Source: Felis catus (lineage: Eukaryota). Taken from it: a stretch of DNA of 64,000 nt. The translations under genes were made by a program, and so were the position numbers. Where the stretch lies: positions 206,524,001-206,588,000 of the forward strand of contig NC_058368.1 of assembly GCF_018350175.1 (NCBI RefSeq), given 5' to 3'. Under the pieces are notes generated by a model. That model was given only the letters and a program-made list of their open reading frames with translations. It did no database searches and was not told the DNA's origin. Positions 49,339 through 63,581 of the stretch are shown piece after piece (position 1 is the first letter of the stretch; every line of letters begins with the position of its first letter).

Positions 49339-50744
49339 GTAAGTAATAATCGGGTTGGTAATTAAACAAAAAGAAAATTTATGTGTGCCTTGAACTTTGA
49401 AACTTTCCTCTTCACCTTGAGTAAGATTGATTTTGTCACAAGGTCACTCTCATTTGAATACAGAAGTGTTTCCATGATTGGATCTGATATTGATCTACCA
49501 GTAGCTGCTTAATTTAAACAAGGTGTTTTCCCCATATGGAGACCATCTTATCATGATTACTTCCCACATTTTTCCTCAGGGAAAGATTCTATATTTATGT
49601 TAATTGTTTCAAAGTGGTCACAAGGTAATTGCTGTTTATAGTCATTTGCCCTTCACTTTAAGTTTTTCAAAAACAAATCTTGGCACAGTCTCACAAATAA
49701 AACCCTGTTTATCAGATTTCGGCAGCTGCTAAGCTTTGGATCTGTGAATTCTACCATCAGACACATTCAGAGGGACTATTGAGGGTGGTTAAGAAGTTTT
49801 ATGCTTGAAAGGAAACTTACTGCTTAAAGTACCTCATAGTTGATGGTGTATCATTCATATGAACTTTAAAATTTGGCTTCTATAGCTATTTCCTTTTCTA
49901 TATACTCTATTCTGCCCTCCCTACCCCCCGCCAACTATTTCAAATTCAGATTTCATCTTTGATGAAAGTATTAAGAGTATTTTGTTTTTATAGAAGTAAC
50001 TTAAAGAAAATTAAGCTATTTTGATTTTGAAACCCCAGACTTCAATAATGGCAGTGAAAAGCCTTTGAAAGTATTACTCGTTGCTGCTTAAAACATCTCT
50101 GGGAAGTGAGTCAATGTTTATTATTTTCTGTTGGATGTCATTAGGTAGGGACAATCAAAAAGAGTCAAAGTAAGATTAAGTCACTTATATAAGACCCTAG
50201 TGAAGAAGCCAGAGTTAAAATCCAGGTCTTTGTATACTGAGACTTACTCTTTCTTAAGGTCATTTTCACTAAAACAGCATTCTATTCATCAATATAATAT
50301 CGGCATTTGACCTGATATTTGCTTCCATGACCCTCTTGACTGAAACAAGAGATAAAAAGGTTTGCATTACTTGTAAGGTGGATTGATAATTGATTACGTG
50401 AATAGGAGGTGGAGTGGTAGATGTAATTATTCCCTCTGGGATGAGGTTAGAACCCCACATTATGCTTCTGGCTTTTTACTCCTGGGGAGTGCTCACATCC
50501 TTTCGTATCTCTTATGCATGATTCTCCGTATGTGAGATGGAGCTCATTATAAGTACATGGCTGTGAGGGGACATTGTTAGGAATACTTTATTATCACATC
50601 ATCTAGACATAGAGTTGAAGGATAGGGAAGGGAAGGAAGTCGCAATATATACTCATCAACCTCACCATGGACCTGACCTGTCCAGTCTTTGCTGTGCCCT
50701 CACAAATGACCACACAAATTCTGTTTTATATCCTTATCCTTTAA

Positions 50745-50914
50745 AAAAAATTCCTTGGTTCTAAGATGCTATAAATTGTAAGATGTGCCATCAATTTAAT
50801 AGTATCATCAGGGAAAAGTTTCTATATCAAATGCATGTGCCTATGGAAAGAGGTATCCCAGTTTCAGGAACATTAATATGGGAAGAATATATCTTCAAAT
50901 CAAGGAAATGAAGT
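50745..50914. mobile_element. TcMar-Tigger MITE (MamRep434-like)
   Basis: Terminal inverted repeats ttccttggttctaagat / atcttcaaatcaaggaa. Confidence 0.7.
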
Positions 50915-50945
50915 ACTTGTTCAAAACTTCACCATTTACTTTTTT

Positions 50946-51129
50946 TTTTTTTTAATTTATTTTTGAAAGATAGAGTATGAGCAGGAAGAAGGGCAGAGAG
51001 AGAGGGAGATACAGAATCTAAAGCAGACTGTTAGCTAGAGCCCGATGCGGGGACTCAAACTTATGAACCATGAGTTTGTGACCTGAGCTGAAGTCGGATG
51101 CTCAACTGACTGAGCCACCTAGGTGCCCC
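50946..51129 (-). mobile_element. Can-SINE
   Basis: TSD accatttactttttt. Confidence 0.95.
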
Positions 51130-52063
51130 ACCATTTACTTTTTTGAATGGAATCTGCTTCCTCAAGCCCACTAAGAAAAGAATATAAAGAGTTCTGTTTC
51201 CTTCGTCCCTAGTAACTAGCAGGTCCATTGGTTGTGCTGGTGGTCCCCAACTCAAGATGTATTTTCTGGGTATCCATAGTATGTACCATATTATGATTAT
51301 GTATTTCCTTGCATTAGTAAATACACTTCAACCTAGAAAATTCTCAGCTCTGTAAAGATAAACAAAAGACAAAGACAAAAGTCCTAAATGCTTGGCTAAA
51401 ACTTAGAGTTAATGAAATACCCATTTACTAGGTAAATAGTAAGAAGAGCTCATCTGCTTTATATGTTTCGATTAGATGTCCTTTCAATGGGAGATAAAGT
51501 ATTCCTTCCAGTTATAAATCTTTAAAGAACTATACTAATATCCAGAGGTGATGCAAAAATCTATGTCATAGAAGGTTAACATAGGCTATAAACCTGTGGT
51601 GTCTCTGACCTCTAACTGTCTTTGAGTAGTTTCTTAAATGACAGCTGATTTTATTATGTTCCAGTGGTGTCACATTGCTCAACCTCAGTTGCTTGCTTCT
51701 GGTTGAGATGTTTGGTTTTGTTGCAGCAACTGAGAACAAAACCCAAGCCGTGTTTTTGGTTAGGACAGTAGGATGTGGGGAAAGTTACTCTGTACAGCTC
51801 CTACAGTGTGGGGTTGTTTTAAAATGCTGTCTTGTTGTCTGGTCTTCCAAAGCCCTTCTGCTATAGTTCTCGTCTGATGTTAGGGTATACATAGAGCTTT
51901 TTACAGTTAGACACATTATATTTCCCTCCAGAGGTTCTGGCACATGGCTTTAGAGCGATGTTTTAGACACTAACACAAGCATAGATTATATACAAAAAAA
52001 ACTCCAATAATTTTAATACCTCTTTCTGTCTTGCTTTATTCTTGATTGAAAACTAGTGGTCCA

Positions 52064-52352
52064 TTTTATTTGTTTATTTTTAATTAAAAAATCCAGTATA
52101 ATTAACATACCATGTTATATTAGTTTCAGGTGTACAATATAGTGATCCAACAGTTCTCATCATGATAAGTTTGCTCTTCATCCCCTTTACCTATTTCACC
52201 CATCCCTCCAACTCCCCTTTGGTAACCATCAGTTTGTTCTTCATATTTAAGAGTCTGTTTTGTTTGTTTGTGTCTTTTTTTTTTCTTTGTTTGCTTTGTT
52301 TCTTAAATTACACATGTGAGTAAAATCACACGGGTATTTGTCGTTCTCTAAC
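52064..52352 (-). mobile_element. Carnivore L1 3' end
   Basis: ttagtttcaggtgtacaatatagtgat...ggtaaccatcagtttgttct. Confidence 0.9.
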
Positions 52353-52519
52353 AGTCCACTTTAAAATGGAATTTCTATAGAGAGATTTTCTTGGTATTAG
52401 ACAAAGGAGTACTTTATGACACCTTACACACTGAGAACTAAAGCCCCTTTCAAGTCTTATTTATTAGGTTCCATCTTATAGTTCTGAGAGTTGCTCCCAT
52501 TATAGTCCTCTGTTATCTC

Positions 52520-52990
52520 TTGACCCTGTAGGTCGACACTCTCATTTGCTGGAATGGAGCCTGTTTCTTCTGGTCAGTTTCTTCTTCATCTTCAACTGGT
52601 GCTCTAGCTCCAGGCTTGGATATGCTAATTCCATTTCCTTGTCTGGGTTATGTTTTAAGATTTCTAAATCATTTTTTATTTTTTAAAGGCCAGCTCTCCT
52701 CTGACCTCCTCCCTGAGACTTTTCCTCAACTTCATTTGCTCATGCAATGTCTCTCTGCTCTGAATGCTCCAACGTTTGCTGTTTTCATTTCCACAGTTGA
52801 CATGTAATCATTCATTTACTGGCTTGTGTTATTTTCTAATTGTTTCCTGTGTTTGCTCTGCATTTTCAGTGATCTTTCAAACTACTAGAGAGCATAAAAA
52901 TATTTCATATTGCTTTTATAAACGATGGCACTTAACACACCATTCAACACATGATAATATCCCAGTAATGGTTAGTTAAATTGAGTTGAG
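52520..52990 (+). mobile_element. L2 3' relic
   Basis: gacctcctccctgagacttttcct...ttagttaaattgagttga. Confidence 0.6.
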
Positions 52991-54411
52991 CTTTTCCTTT
53001 AGATTTTGGTTTTACAATAATGTTCTCATTGAGATTTCTAACCACTAGTATGGAAAAGCATGAGCCTAAAAAGTGTTTGAATATCAATAAGCCAGCATCA
53101 TTATAGTGCTCTGTCTCATTGAATAATGGTAAGTGCCTGAGTATGCATGGAATTAGACTGAGCATAAATTACTCAAAAGATAGATTATCTGCCCTCTAGA
53201 AAATTACATTTACATCAGCATTGCACCGAGTGCGCATAATCTCCTCTTAGAAGGGCCAAGATTTATAATAGAATTTTATGTTTTCCTTTGTAACTGTCGT
53301 AAAAAGCCATAAATAATTTTACTGTGCAAGTATAGTAAACATATTCAGGCAGTCATTGGTGATATACTGTTTATGCATATATTTTAGAAAATGTTTGCTG
53401 AAAAACCCTTAGTTGAAACCACTGGTTTATGAAAGGAAACATAAAATGAAAAAAATAGAGATGAAAGAATGTCTTGGAACAAAAATTAAGTCTGGTTTGT
53501 AAAATATTCAGAAATTTATCATTACTAGATCATATTTATTGATTGGAAACCTGTGTTTTTCTTTCTTCTGTTGCAAGAATGACACGTATTAGTGTTAAAC
53601 TTATAACATTTCTTTATTCCAGTATCAATTGCTTGGCTATGACTAATATTCCTTACTGCATTTACTGTGTTGTAACTCAAATATTCAATCCGTATTTAGA
53701 TGTTTGAGGACACAAGAGAACTTGATGAGAATATGGTTGATTGATTCTTTTTCATATCAATCACTTGGAAAATAAAAGTCTAAAGGACAACTTGATCATC
53801 TTCTAGCTCTACCCTTGCTTCTGGGCACAATCATGCAAAGATTGGTTTGGGCAGAAACAATTATTGCCTGCTTCAGTTGCTCATGAGATTTAAAGATTTC
53901 CAATTTGCCTTCTCCAGATTTAGGGAAAGGAGACTGCTTACCTCAGTACTGTAATGTATCTTTTAAGAGTGAGAGTTAAAGGTTCAAGTGATGAAGAGAA
54001 ATCACTTACAGTGGTTTCTTAGATAAAAGCTGTCGGTATTAACAATTTCTCATTGTGCTTTGGGACATTTTTGTTTTTCCTAATTAGATTTCATGATAGT
54101 CCCAACTATCTGTCTCAATCACCGAAGGTAGACAAACTCCTTAACAGTAACTATATCTTTTTCCCTTCACTCTGATTTTTTCCCTTACGTCTTAGAAATG
54201 GTTTTAAGCTTCTGTTTTGTTTTTGTTCATCTCTCAGTACTTTTATTCCCAATCTGTTTTCTTACTCAGTGTGTTCATCTCTCTGTAGCCTCTGGAGAAC
54301 TAATCAAGGATTAATCAACCTTCCCCCCTAGGTCAAGCTTAATCACTTAACTCTCCTTTTGTGTTCTGTACAAGGGGTATGAGATAACCTTGATGTAGGA
54401 AAGATTTAAGG

Positions 54412-54584
54412 CTTAACTTCTTAACCAGTTTTTGATTCAATGACCCCTTTGAGAATGTAACAAATGCTAGATCTTGTCTCCACATTATAAAGCACACATG
54501 AAAATTTTGATGTATCATTTCGTGTGCTGGATAGTCTCCACATACTTCCCTACCCTGTCCATAGACCTCAGGTAAGAAGCCCTA
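54412..54584. mobile_element. MER112-like hAT MITE
   Basis: cttcttaacc...gacccctttgagaat...gacctcaggtaagaagccct. Confidence 0.75.
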
Positions 54585-55149
54585 CATAGTCTGAGGCTGT
54601 GAAGGGCTTTATTTTGATTTCTTGTAGATTTGATTCTAAGATGGCCATATGGGCATTAGATGGGTGATTGGTTAAAGTAAGCAAATAGAAACTAATTCCA
54701 TATAAATATCTTTATGCCTGTGATGGCATAACAGCAGTTTATAAGGAAGCCAGTGGATTAGTCACTCAAAACAGTTTTATGTCTCTGTGTTTTCAGTGTG
54801 GATTATTATATCAGTGATAACGAAGACTCCAGAAACCACATGCCCATTCCACGGCAGTGTGCTATAGCTGGAACATCAGTTCCAGACATATGAAAACTTA
54901 AATCTCACTGGAATTAATGTGACAAATGAGAAGGAAAATGATATGATGTTCAGTTTATATTAAATATCTTGGTAAAATGATTGACTGGTGGCCAAAAAGA
55001 ACACTAGGTCTTGAAATACAAGTATTTATTCATGTTATAAACTTAACTCACCACCTAATTTGGATTGTGAAAATTTTTCATCCAGAGGGCAGTCTTTGGA
55101 AAGTAGGCTCAGAAATTTCTTCAAAGTAAAGAGCTTTCTTTCTGAGGGA

Positions 55150-55430
55150 ACATGACCTTGAAGAAAGAACACCAGGTTTTGGAGTTAGGAGCTACCGTGG
55201 ACTTTGATGGCTATTAGCAACTTGTTGAGGTTTGCCCAGGACTTCCCCAGTTTTAGCACTGGGAACTCCCTTCCTTTCCCCCAGTCTCTTCCCCCTGTCT
55301 GACCCAGTCCCAGGCAAACTGGGATGATTGGTCAGCAATTAGTTGTATGATCTTCAATGAGACACCGAATGTCCCTGGTGTTCAGTTTTCTCATGGATAG
55401 AATGAAGAGGATGGATTCAGTGGTTACGGA
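55150..55430 (+). mobile_element. MIR with nested MER81-like MITE (about 55222-55337)
   Basis: gtttgcccaggacttccccagttttagcact...cagtcccaggcaaactgggatgattggtca. Confidence 0.7.
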
Positions 55431-55769
55431 TCTGAACTGGCCCCCAAATGATTTTATCCTCAGGTATTTTTCTTCCTTCCTCATTCTTCCTTCGGTATCC
55501 ATGAGTCTTGGGGATTAATTCCTCATTTATCTTTGTATCTACTTTTAATTTTTACCACATCAGTTCAGCGCAAGGCTTAATCTCCTTCAGTGAGCCAAAC
55601 ACAACTCACACAGATTTTTGGCGGTGGGGATGTAGAATTAAATTTGCGTGCTTATGAAAAGCTGGTGAGAGTATGTAGGCAATTTTGGAATTTGTACCAG
55701 TAGCTTACCTAGATTTTAATGAACAATAGATTTTACCACCATTTATTTTCTTTTTTTTTTTTAAAGCTT

Positions 55770-57745
55770 TCCTGGCAATTTATATATCATTTTTGAAAAA
55801 CATCTATTCATATCTCTTGCCCACTTAAAAAAATTAATTGAAGTATTGTTGATGTAACATACGTTCATCACTGATGAACAGCGTATGATTTGACAATTAT
55901 ATACATTACAAAATGCTCACCATGAGAAATGTAGTTACCATCTCTCACCACACAAAGTTATTACAGTATTATTTATTATATTCCCTGTACTGTACTTTTT
56001 AATCCCCATGACTTTTTTATTTTATCCTGGAAGTTTGTATCTCTTAATCCCCTTCACTATTTTGCCTATCCCCTCATGCCCCCCATCTCCTTTTTAAATT
56101 AGGTTCTCTTTTATTACTAAGTTGTAAGAGTTCTTTATATATTCTAGACACAAACCTCTTATCAGGTAAATGATTTTAAAAATTTTCTCCCATTCTATTG
56201 GTTATGTTATCACTTTCTTGATAGTGTCCTTTCCTTGTTCCTGCTATTAGGGAAAAGCACCCAGTCTTTTATCATTAAGTACGATGCTAGTTGTGGGTTT
56301 TTCATAGAGACTCTGTATCGTGTTGAAGAAGTTCTATTCTTAGTTAGTTGGGTGTTTTCATCATTAAAGGGTCTTGATTTTGTCAGATGCTTTTTTGCAT
56401 TTATTGAAAAGATCACGGAGTTTTATTTTTTATTCAGTTGATATGGCATAGTATATTAATTGATTTTCAGATATTAATCCAACATTGGATTCCTCACTTG
56501 GCATGTGTTGCTGGATTCAGTTTTCTCTTTTGCTGAGGACTTTTGCATCCACATCACACAGTCACATAGTGATCTGTAGTTTCTTTTCTTGTGATTTATC
56601 TGGTTTGGCATCAGTGTTATACTGTCCTCATAAAGAGAGTTGGAAAGTATTCCTGAGTCCTTTTCTGGTTTTCTGAAGAGTTAGTATTAATTTTTTGTTA
56701 AGTGTTTGGCAGAATTTATTGGTGGAGCCATCCGGGCCTGGATTTTATTTGGGTAGTGTTTTGATTTTTAATTCAGTGTCTTTACCAACAGGTTACAGTT
56801 CTATTCAGCTTGTATATTTCTTCTTGAGACATTTTTGTAATTTTTATTTTTCTAGGAATTTGTTCCTTTTATTTAAATTATCTAATTTATTGGCATACAG
56901 TTGTTTACAGTATTCCTTTACAATTTTTTAAATTTATGTAACATTGTTAGTGATATTTAATCTTTCATTTCTGAGTCTAGTAATTAGAGTATTCTTTTTT
57001 TGTTGATCTTTCTAGTTAACAATTTGTTAATTTTGTTGATTTTTCAAAGTACCCACTTTTAATTTCATTGACTTTTTTTCTATTTTTTATTCTACATATT
57101 ATTTATTTCCATGCTAATCTTTATTATTTCCTTCCTTCTTGCTTTAGATTTAATTTGCTCTTCTTTGTCTAATGTCTTAAGGTTGAAAGTTTGGTTAATG
57201 ATTTGTGATCTCTCTCTCTCTCCCTCCCTCTCTCTCACTCTCTCTCTCTCTTTCTTGTTTTAATACAGGTGTTTACAGCCATAGATTTCTCTCTAAGCAC
57301 TTCTCTTTTTTTAGCCGAATCCCATATATTTTGGTATATCTTAATTTTTTACTTATCTCAAAATATTTTGATATTTCTCTTCTGATTTCTTCTTTGACCC
57401 ACTTGTTGGTGAGGAGTATGTTGTTTATTTTCTACATATTTATGAGCTCCCCAAATTTCTTTTTGTTACTGATTTCTAATTGTATTACATTGTGGTTGGA
57501 GAACATACTTTGTATCAAGGTTTGTTTTATGGCCTAGCACGTGTTCTATCTTGCAGAATGTTCCAAGTGTATTTGAGAAGAATATATATTTTGCCGTTTG
57601 GTGGAGTGTTTTATAGATGTCGATTATGTCTAGTTGTTTGGTAGTGTAATTCAGGTCTTCTTATTTTGTTGTTGTTATTATTGATCTTCTGCTTATTTAT
57701 CCTGTCCGTTATTGAAAGTAGTGTATTGAAATCTCCAACTATTCT
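55770..57745 (-). mobile_element. L1 ORF2 relic with nested carnivore L1 3' end (about 55831-56090)
   Basis: Antisense ORF2 (gagttctttatatattctag; ORF 56210-56416 IFSINAKK); insert has aaaatgctcacc...tagttaccatc. Confidence 0.85.
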
Positions 57746-58743
57746 TCATGTAGTATTGAATTTTAAATATGCAATAGCAAGTTAAATCTGTCCATTTTTA
57801 CAGTTAGAAATATATCATGCTGTTTCAATTCTGTCTATAGTGCTACTTCTTTGGCTAGAGGAGTCTTTAACTTAGACCACTCTTCATTTTAAGGCACATT
57901 TGCAAATATAACCATTATGATAAATTTAATAACCCCAAATTTGTTGTATCTGCTTGCCTAGGGCTTTATGCATATGAGAAACAGCTTCTTCTCACAGAGG
58001 GACCATTGTTAATTAGAAATATAGAAGCATCTTTACCACAAAAAAGTGATTAAGTGGATGGTTCTGTGGTCCTTACTCAGATCCAAAGGAGGGAGTTGAT
58101 GCTAGAAATAGTAATTCTTTGATATTGGAATAATAATCACCCAAAGAAAAAGCTTCTGTAAGTTAAATCCTTAAAAATTTGAAGATATTGATTGTTTTGT
58201 TCATTTCTTGACTTTTAGCTACAGGAAAAGAAGTCTATATTTTGTGTTTGGAGTTAAAGCAGGTTTTTTTTTGTTCGTTTGTTTTCTGTTTTGTAATTAT
58301 AAGCGACACACAGAAAAGGATACTTGGTTTTTTATTGAGGACAAGTCAGAGTATTTAGTAGCTCTCCTTTTAATTTGTAAAATCAGTTTGCACCTAAGTG
58401 TTGGGCACACTCATACTCCTGAGCAATCTACTGTCTTTGAAGACTCTTCCTAATTCCTTTTTCTCTTAGGAAAGAGTTGTATGGGGTTGGGGGCTGGGAG
58501 TTAACATAAGGGATGAATCTGTCCTCTTTTGTTGAGTGTGAGGGACCTGGTTAGGCAACGTAGTATTTTAGGTCATGGAATTCATAGGATTGATTATTGT
58601 TTTACATCTTTACAATGTAGATGTTAAAACAAATTATTTAGATATTCTTACAGTAGATGAAATGTGACTATAAAAATAAAACAAAAACATTCAGCCTTCT
58701 AGATTCAGATGAACATTGCCTTTTCTTAACAGTGACCTTAACA

Positions 58744-58869
58744 GGATGCCTGGGTGGCTCAGTTTGTTAAGTGTCTGACTCTTGATTTAGGCTCAGGTCA
58801 TGATCTCATGGTTTGTGGGATTGAGATCCATGTCTGACTCTGCACTGACAGCATGGAGCCTGCTTGGGA

Positions 58870-58912
<43 letters not shown>

Positions 58913-59011
58913 CCACACACACACACCGCCCCACCTCTCTCCCTCTCTCTGTGCCTCCCCCACTCAAGCTCTCTCTCTCTCTCTGTCTTAAAATAAATAA
59001 ACATTAAAAAA
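58744..59011 (+). mobile_element. Can-SINE with expanded (CT)n(CA)n
   Basis: TSD tgaccttaaca. Confidence 0.95.
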
Positions 59012-61679
59012 TCCTGACCTTAACATATAGCATAATGCTACAATTGCTAAGTTCTGAAACTTCTGTTTTGATACTATCTGTTAAAAGAAATTTCTGGGGA
59101 AATCATTAATACATGTGAAGATTGCATCAGACATTGCTCACATTAACTGATTTATTAGTTCGGAGTCTGAAGAATTTTGTGTATCTTAAAATAAAATACA
59201 TGCCGGTTAAATACATGCCGGTTCCCATATCAGATGAAAGACCTCAGCTATTCTTTATCATAGTTTATACTAAGTCAGTGCACCGAACCCGCATGGATGA
59301 AGGCTTATTCCAGTGTTCTAAGGAACAGTTGGAAGTAGGGTCATATGCAGAACTGAATCATTCTATGGAATTTTAAAAATAGTATTCTTTCCAGCCACAT
59401 TTATCATAAATATATAGTGTGCCAGCTACAGTGGGCATTAGAGTCTAGAAAGGAACCTAACCACTATTCACAGCACTGTTTCCACTGCACTTGTGTCTAG
59501 GTTTAAAACACCAATCCACTTACTTTCAGAACACAATTTGCTGAAGGACTAGAGGCAGCATGGACTTTGAGCTCCTGCCAGATTAAATGTTTAACTTTTG
59601 TGGCCACAAATCTTATGAAACAGTAAGGCTTCCTTGAAACCTTTCCGTAGTTTCTCTTACTGGGCATACCATGTATTTCAAAACAGTACAGATGTTAGGG
59701 ATAAAGTCAGCAACACCACGGAGAAGGGGAATTCATATCATGATGGCAAATAAGTAGAAGCACATTTTAATCACATGATGTTATGGGCTTCTCACACTAC
59801 AGATATTATTTGAAATTCTAATGCTTTTTGTTATTCCTTGGGGACCTCAAGGATTAAGGCAGACTTTCTCCAAGGACCAGAGCTGGGTAAATTTATCTTG
59901 GGAGCTAATGCTAATGACCAAAGAATATATTTCATTCTCATTGGTTAGTGGTTATTACATTTGGTGTCGACTATAGATTTAAAGATTATGAAGTTGAAAT
60001 TTTATGAAAAATAAAACTTATGTTTACCCTTTATGTCCAATATTTGGTGCTTTCATAGTCATAATGGCTCTGTAAATAGACAGGGTTGGGCATGAGTTGC
60101 TTGGAAAGGGGGAGAGGTGGTGGTAGGAGCAAGCGCTTTGTTAACTGTGCTGTAGCACAGACTTCCCTGCCCTGCCTCCCAGTCTTCTTGTATGTGATCT
60201 TTATGTTTCCAGGATCTCCCTGGTAACTGTAATGTAGCTGGATGTGAATTGAGGGGGCAGGGGGATTTTTTTTGCCCTGAATTCTGCCGAGATCTAGCTG
60301 GGTGCCAGAGAAAGAGAAAACTTCCTCTCTAGAAGGAGGTGGTGTGGTTGGAAACACATGGGAGAGTATCAACAACATTCAGTGTTTTTCCTGCCAATTG
60401 CCCCACCTCTGTCCCACAAACTTTTCTTTTTCTAAAACATTTCTGCCCTTCTATTTACAATTTTACATTATTGAACATTAAGGGAACTTAAATTGATTAG
60501 ATTTTGCGAATGAAGATCAACTACATGATCTAAATCATGACCCCTTAAAGACAGAACTGTGGGCAGAATCCAGGTGTTCTTTACCCCACATACCTTTCTG
60601 ATTCGTGCCTGGTGCATGCCTCTTTTCTGGCATCCCACACCCTATTTTGTAGAGCTAGTGGGTCCAGCATGATTCTTTGAAACAATGTCTTAAATCATTC
60701 TCTTCCTCTTCTAAATACACACATATAAATGCTTCTGTTAGCTATGGAGATGGTTTCTTCTTTGAGACACATATTATTCTGCCTCCTCAATTTTTGAAAG
60801 CCTGCCCCCAAATTCCCCCTTTCTTGCTGCCATGGACTCGTTAAGCTGGATTCCAGCTTCTTATCTGTAATGCAGATTAGACAGTGGTTTGTAAGTAGGA
60901 AAATGAATTCTTGTGGCATGGAGTCCAGTCTTGTAGACTTCAGAGTTTTGCTTATGGCCTATTTTAGTTACATTTGCTATTTGTCTTACAGAAAAAGGTA
61001 ATGCCAAGAAAAATTTGAAATACAGCCCTGTTGCACATTGGATAGCTTACTGTGGCCATTGTAGCCCTCTGACTGTCTGCTGTGAACTTGACAGTTCCAA
61101 GAATGTGGCCTGTCTTGGAAAGTAGAGAGAAAGGAGTGTGTTCCCTAGGTTTGATCTACTCACCACCCAACTTTCTGTGGATATCTGGGTTCATTGGAAT
61201 TCTACTCAAAATATTCACCATTGGAAATCTCTAAACTTGGAATCATGCCTTACTCCAAGGATCCAAGGAAATATCATTTTAAGGCATAATGTTGTTGAGA
61301 ATGAACGTGGTGTTGACACAGATCAACTTCTAGGAGAATGAAAGTTAGCAATTTTTTCAGTTTTTCTTGTGAGATCACCAACTGAGGTCACCAACATGAA
61401 GTCACAGATGCTGGTTCTGTGACTAGTTTCTGTTGAGAATGCTTTCAGACAGGCAGAAATGTTAGGAATTAAAAATAACTTACAAGTAATAAAATTCCTG
61501 CTGAAGATTCCCCTAGACACACTCAGGCTCTCAGGTAAACAGAAAGTGAATTTTTCAAAGGGAATTTCAGAGGAATTTAATCAAAGTAGAGTACCGGAAA
61601 GGGATGGAGAGGAGGAGTTCTGGAGAAAGATGAGATTCTTTTTTAAAGGGTCATGAGGGAATAAAAGAATAGTTCAGAA

Positions 61680-61901
61680 CAGTGCTGTGACGGGCATAAA
61701 GTAGTTATGTGGTACTTAGTGAATAATTTTTACAAATTCACTCTATGTTGAAATGATAATATTTTGAACATATTAGGCTACATAAAACACATATTTAAAG
61801 TTAATTTCACTTTTAAAAAAAATTTCTCTACTAGAAAATTTAAAATTCCGCTTGTGGTTCACATTTGTGACTGGCATTATATTTCTCTTGGTTGATGTGG
61901 C
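61680..61901 (-). mobile_element. MER33-like hAT MITE
   Basis: atgttgaaatgataatatttt...ctactagaaaatttaaaatt...gcattatatttct. Confidence 0.8.
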
Positions 61902-62959
61902 ATTCGGTGCTGGCGAGTTGTGCCTCCTTGGACAGGTCATTCCACTCTAGACGTCAGCACACACATCTGTGAAAGGCAGGAGATAAAGGTGACCAGCTAG
62001 AAAGGATTCTCGTACACGTTGATGTTTGCTTAATTTCTAAATTTGAATCCTTTCTCTGGTAGATGTTTAAGCACTGAGAAAACTATTTGATACGAACAAC
62101 TATTTTATGTTCCTGAATGTCTCACATAGTTGCTGCCACTTTAGGTCCCACAGCTTGAGCTAATTTGCAAATAGTCTCTAAATATAGCTCATTCCTTGTG
62201 ACATGTAAATAAAGGAGTGTACCCCAATATCTTGGGAACCCCAGCGGTGGAGTGTGTAGGGCAAGGGTCACAGAATGAGTCAGGGCTTGGGCTAGATTAG
62301 CATCTCTGTGACTCACAGTCGCCTTCTAACCACCAGATGATTCTCCTCTTGAGAAATAATTGAGGGTGATGGCCCTTTTCCTACCAGGGTACCAGGGATT
62401 GCTGAATCAGTGTTTGTCAGGCTGACTACTTAAGTGATAAAAAGTGGGTGGGAGCAGCCAAGTTGGTGGATGTTAGCCCATGGTGTTTGCTATTTACGTA
62501 TAAACTACTATAGAGGATACCTCGCTGGTTTGGTCCAAGAAAGAGTGGAAGGACAAACCACTGATGTTGTCTCTAGTGGAAAATGGGGGAAATCCCACTG
62601 CAGAAGTGAAAATGTTACTGGCTACTTTTGGCAATGTTTTCAAAATGGAAACATTGTATTTAAGGCAATTCTAAGAATAAACCTACTAAAACTTTTTGGT
62701 AAGCCTGAAGCTAGCTAGCACAGTTCCGTGGGAGCTAGAGAATGTGCATAGATTCAGTTGTATGACAGAAGGTGTTTGTGCAGGTGTACTGTCACCTGAC
62801 CAAGAGAGCCACACCTGTGCTGGAAGTATATTTAAGTTTTTGAAGATCATATTTGACAGGACTTAGCTTTATTTCCATAATACATTGTCCTCAACTTTCT
62901 TGTGGCAAGAACCACAGTGTCTTATTCTCGTGTGGCAACATCTATGTCTTTAGCTACTT

Positions 62960-63070
62960 TTTGAGTTTCTCAAGGCAAGAGACTGTGTGTTATCCCTTCT
63001 GTTCCTAATACTAAACAGTGCCTACTATGTAGACAAGAGTTAATAAAGGCTTGGTGTATTGAGTAAGTCT
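62960..63070 (+). mobile_element. L2 3' tail
   Basis: aaggcaagagactgtgt...aacagtgcctactatgtag...aataaa. Confidence 0.65.
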
Positions 63071-63220
63071 TATTTATTTAGGTATAGGACACAGAGGAAA
63101 AAATAACTCATGATGCACAGAAGTTTCTATTGAAAGAGACTAGTAGATAGGGACTCTAACTTCATAATTCAAAATTTCATAGTACCTGCCTATTCTTGAG
63201 CTTAAATAAGAATTTTTTTG

Positions 63221-63224
<4 letters not shown>

Positions 63225-63318
<94 letters not shown>
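63225..63318. repeat. (TC)26(AC)21 compound microsatellite
   Basis: Seen directly. Confidence 0.95.
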
Positions 63319-63511
63319 CACACCACACAAATCTGAGGGAAGGTAATCCAGGGATGCTATAGACACCCAGGCTGATTCTATCTATTCTCTCCAAAAATAT
63401 TTTGGACCTCTTCCTTGCCAGTTCATGGCCACAACATGGCTGCTGCACTTCCAGATTCATATACATGTTCCAGGAATATAAAAATGGATAAAGCATAAGT
63501 CTCCTTATGTT

Positions 63512-63533
63512 TTTTTCTATTCTTTTTTTCTTT

Positions 63534-63581
<48 letters not shown>

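Noticed and set aside
57998..58157. Possible exon (ctcacag|...TCT|gtaagt)
   Set aside because: Stops in all frames and a short pyrimidine tract; no other support.
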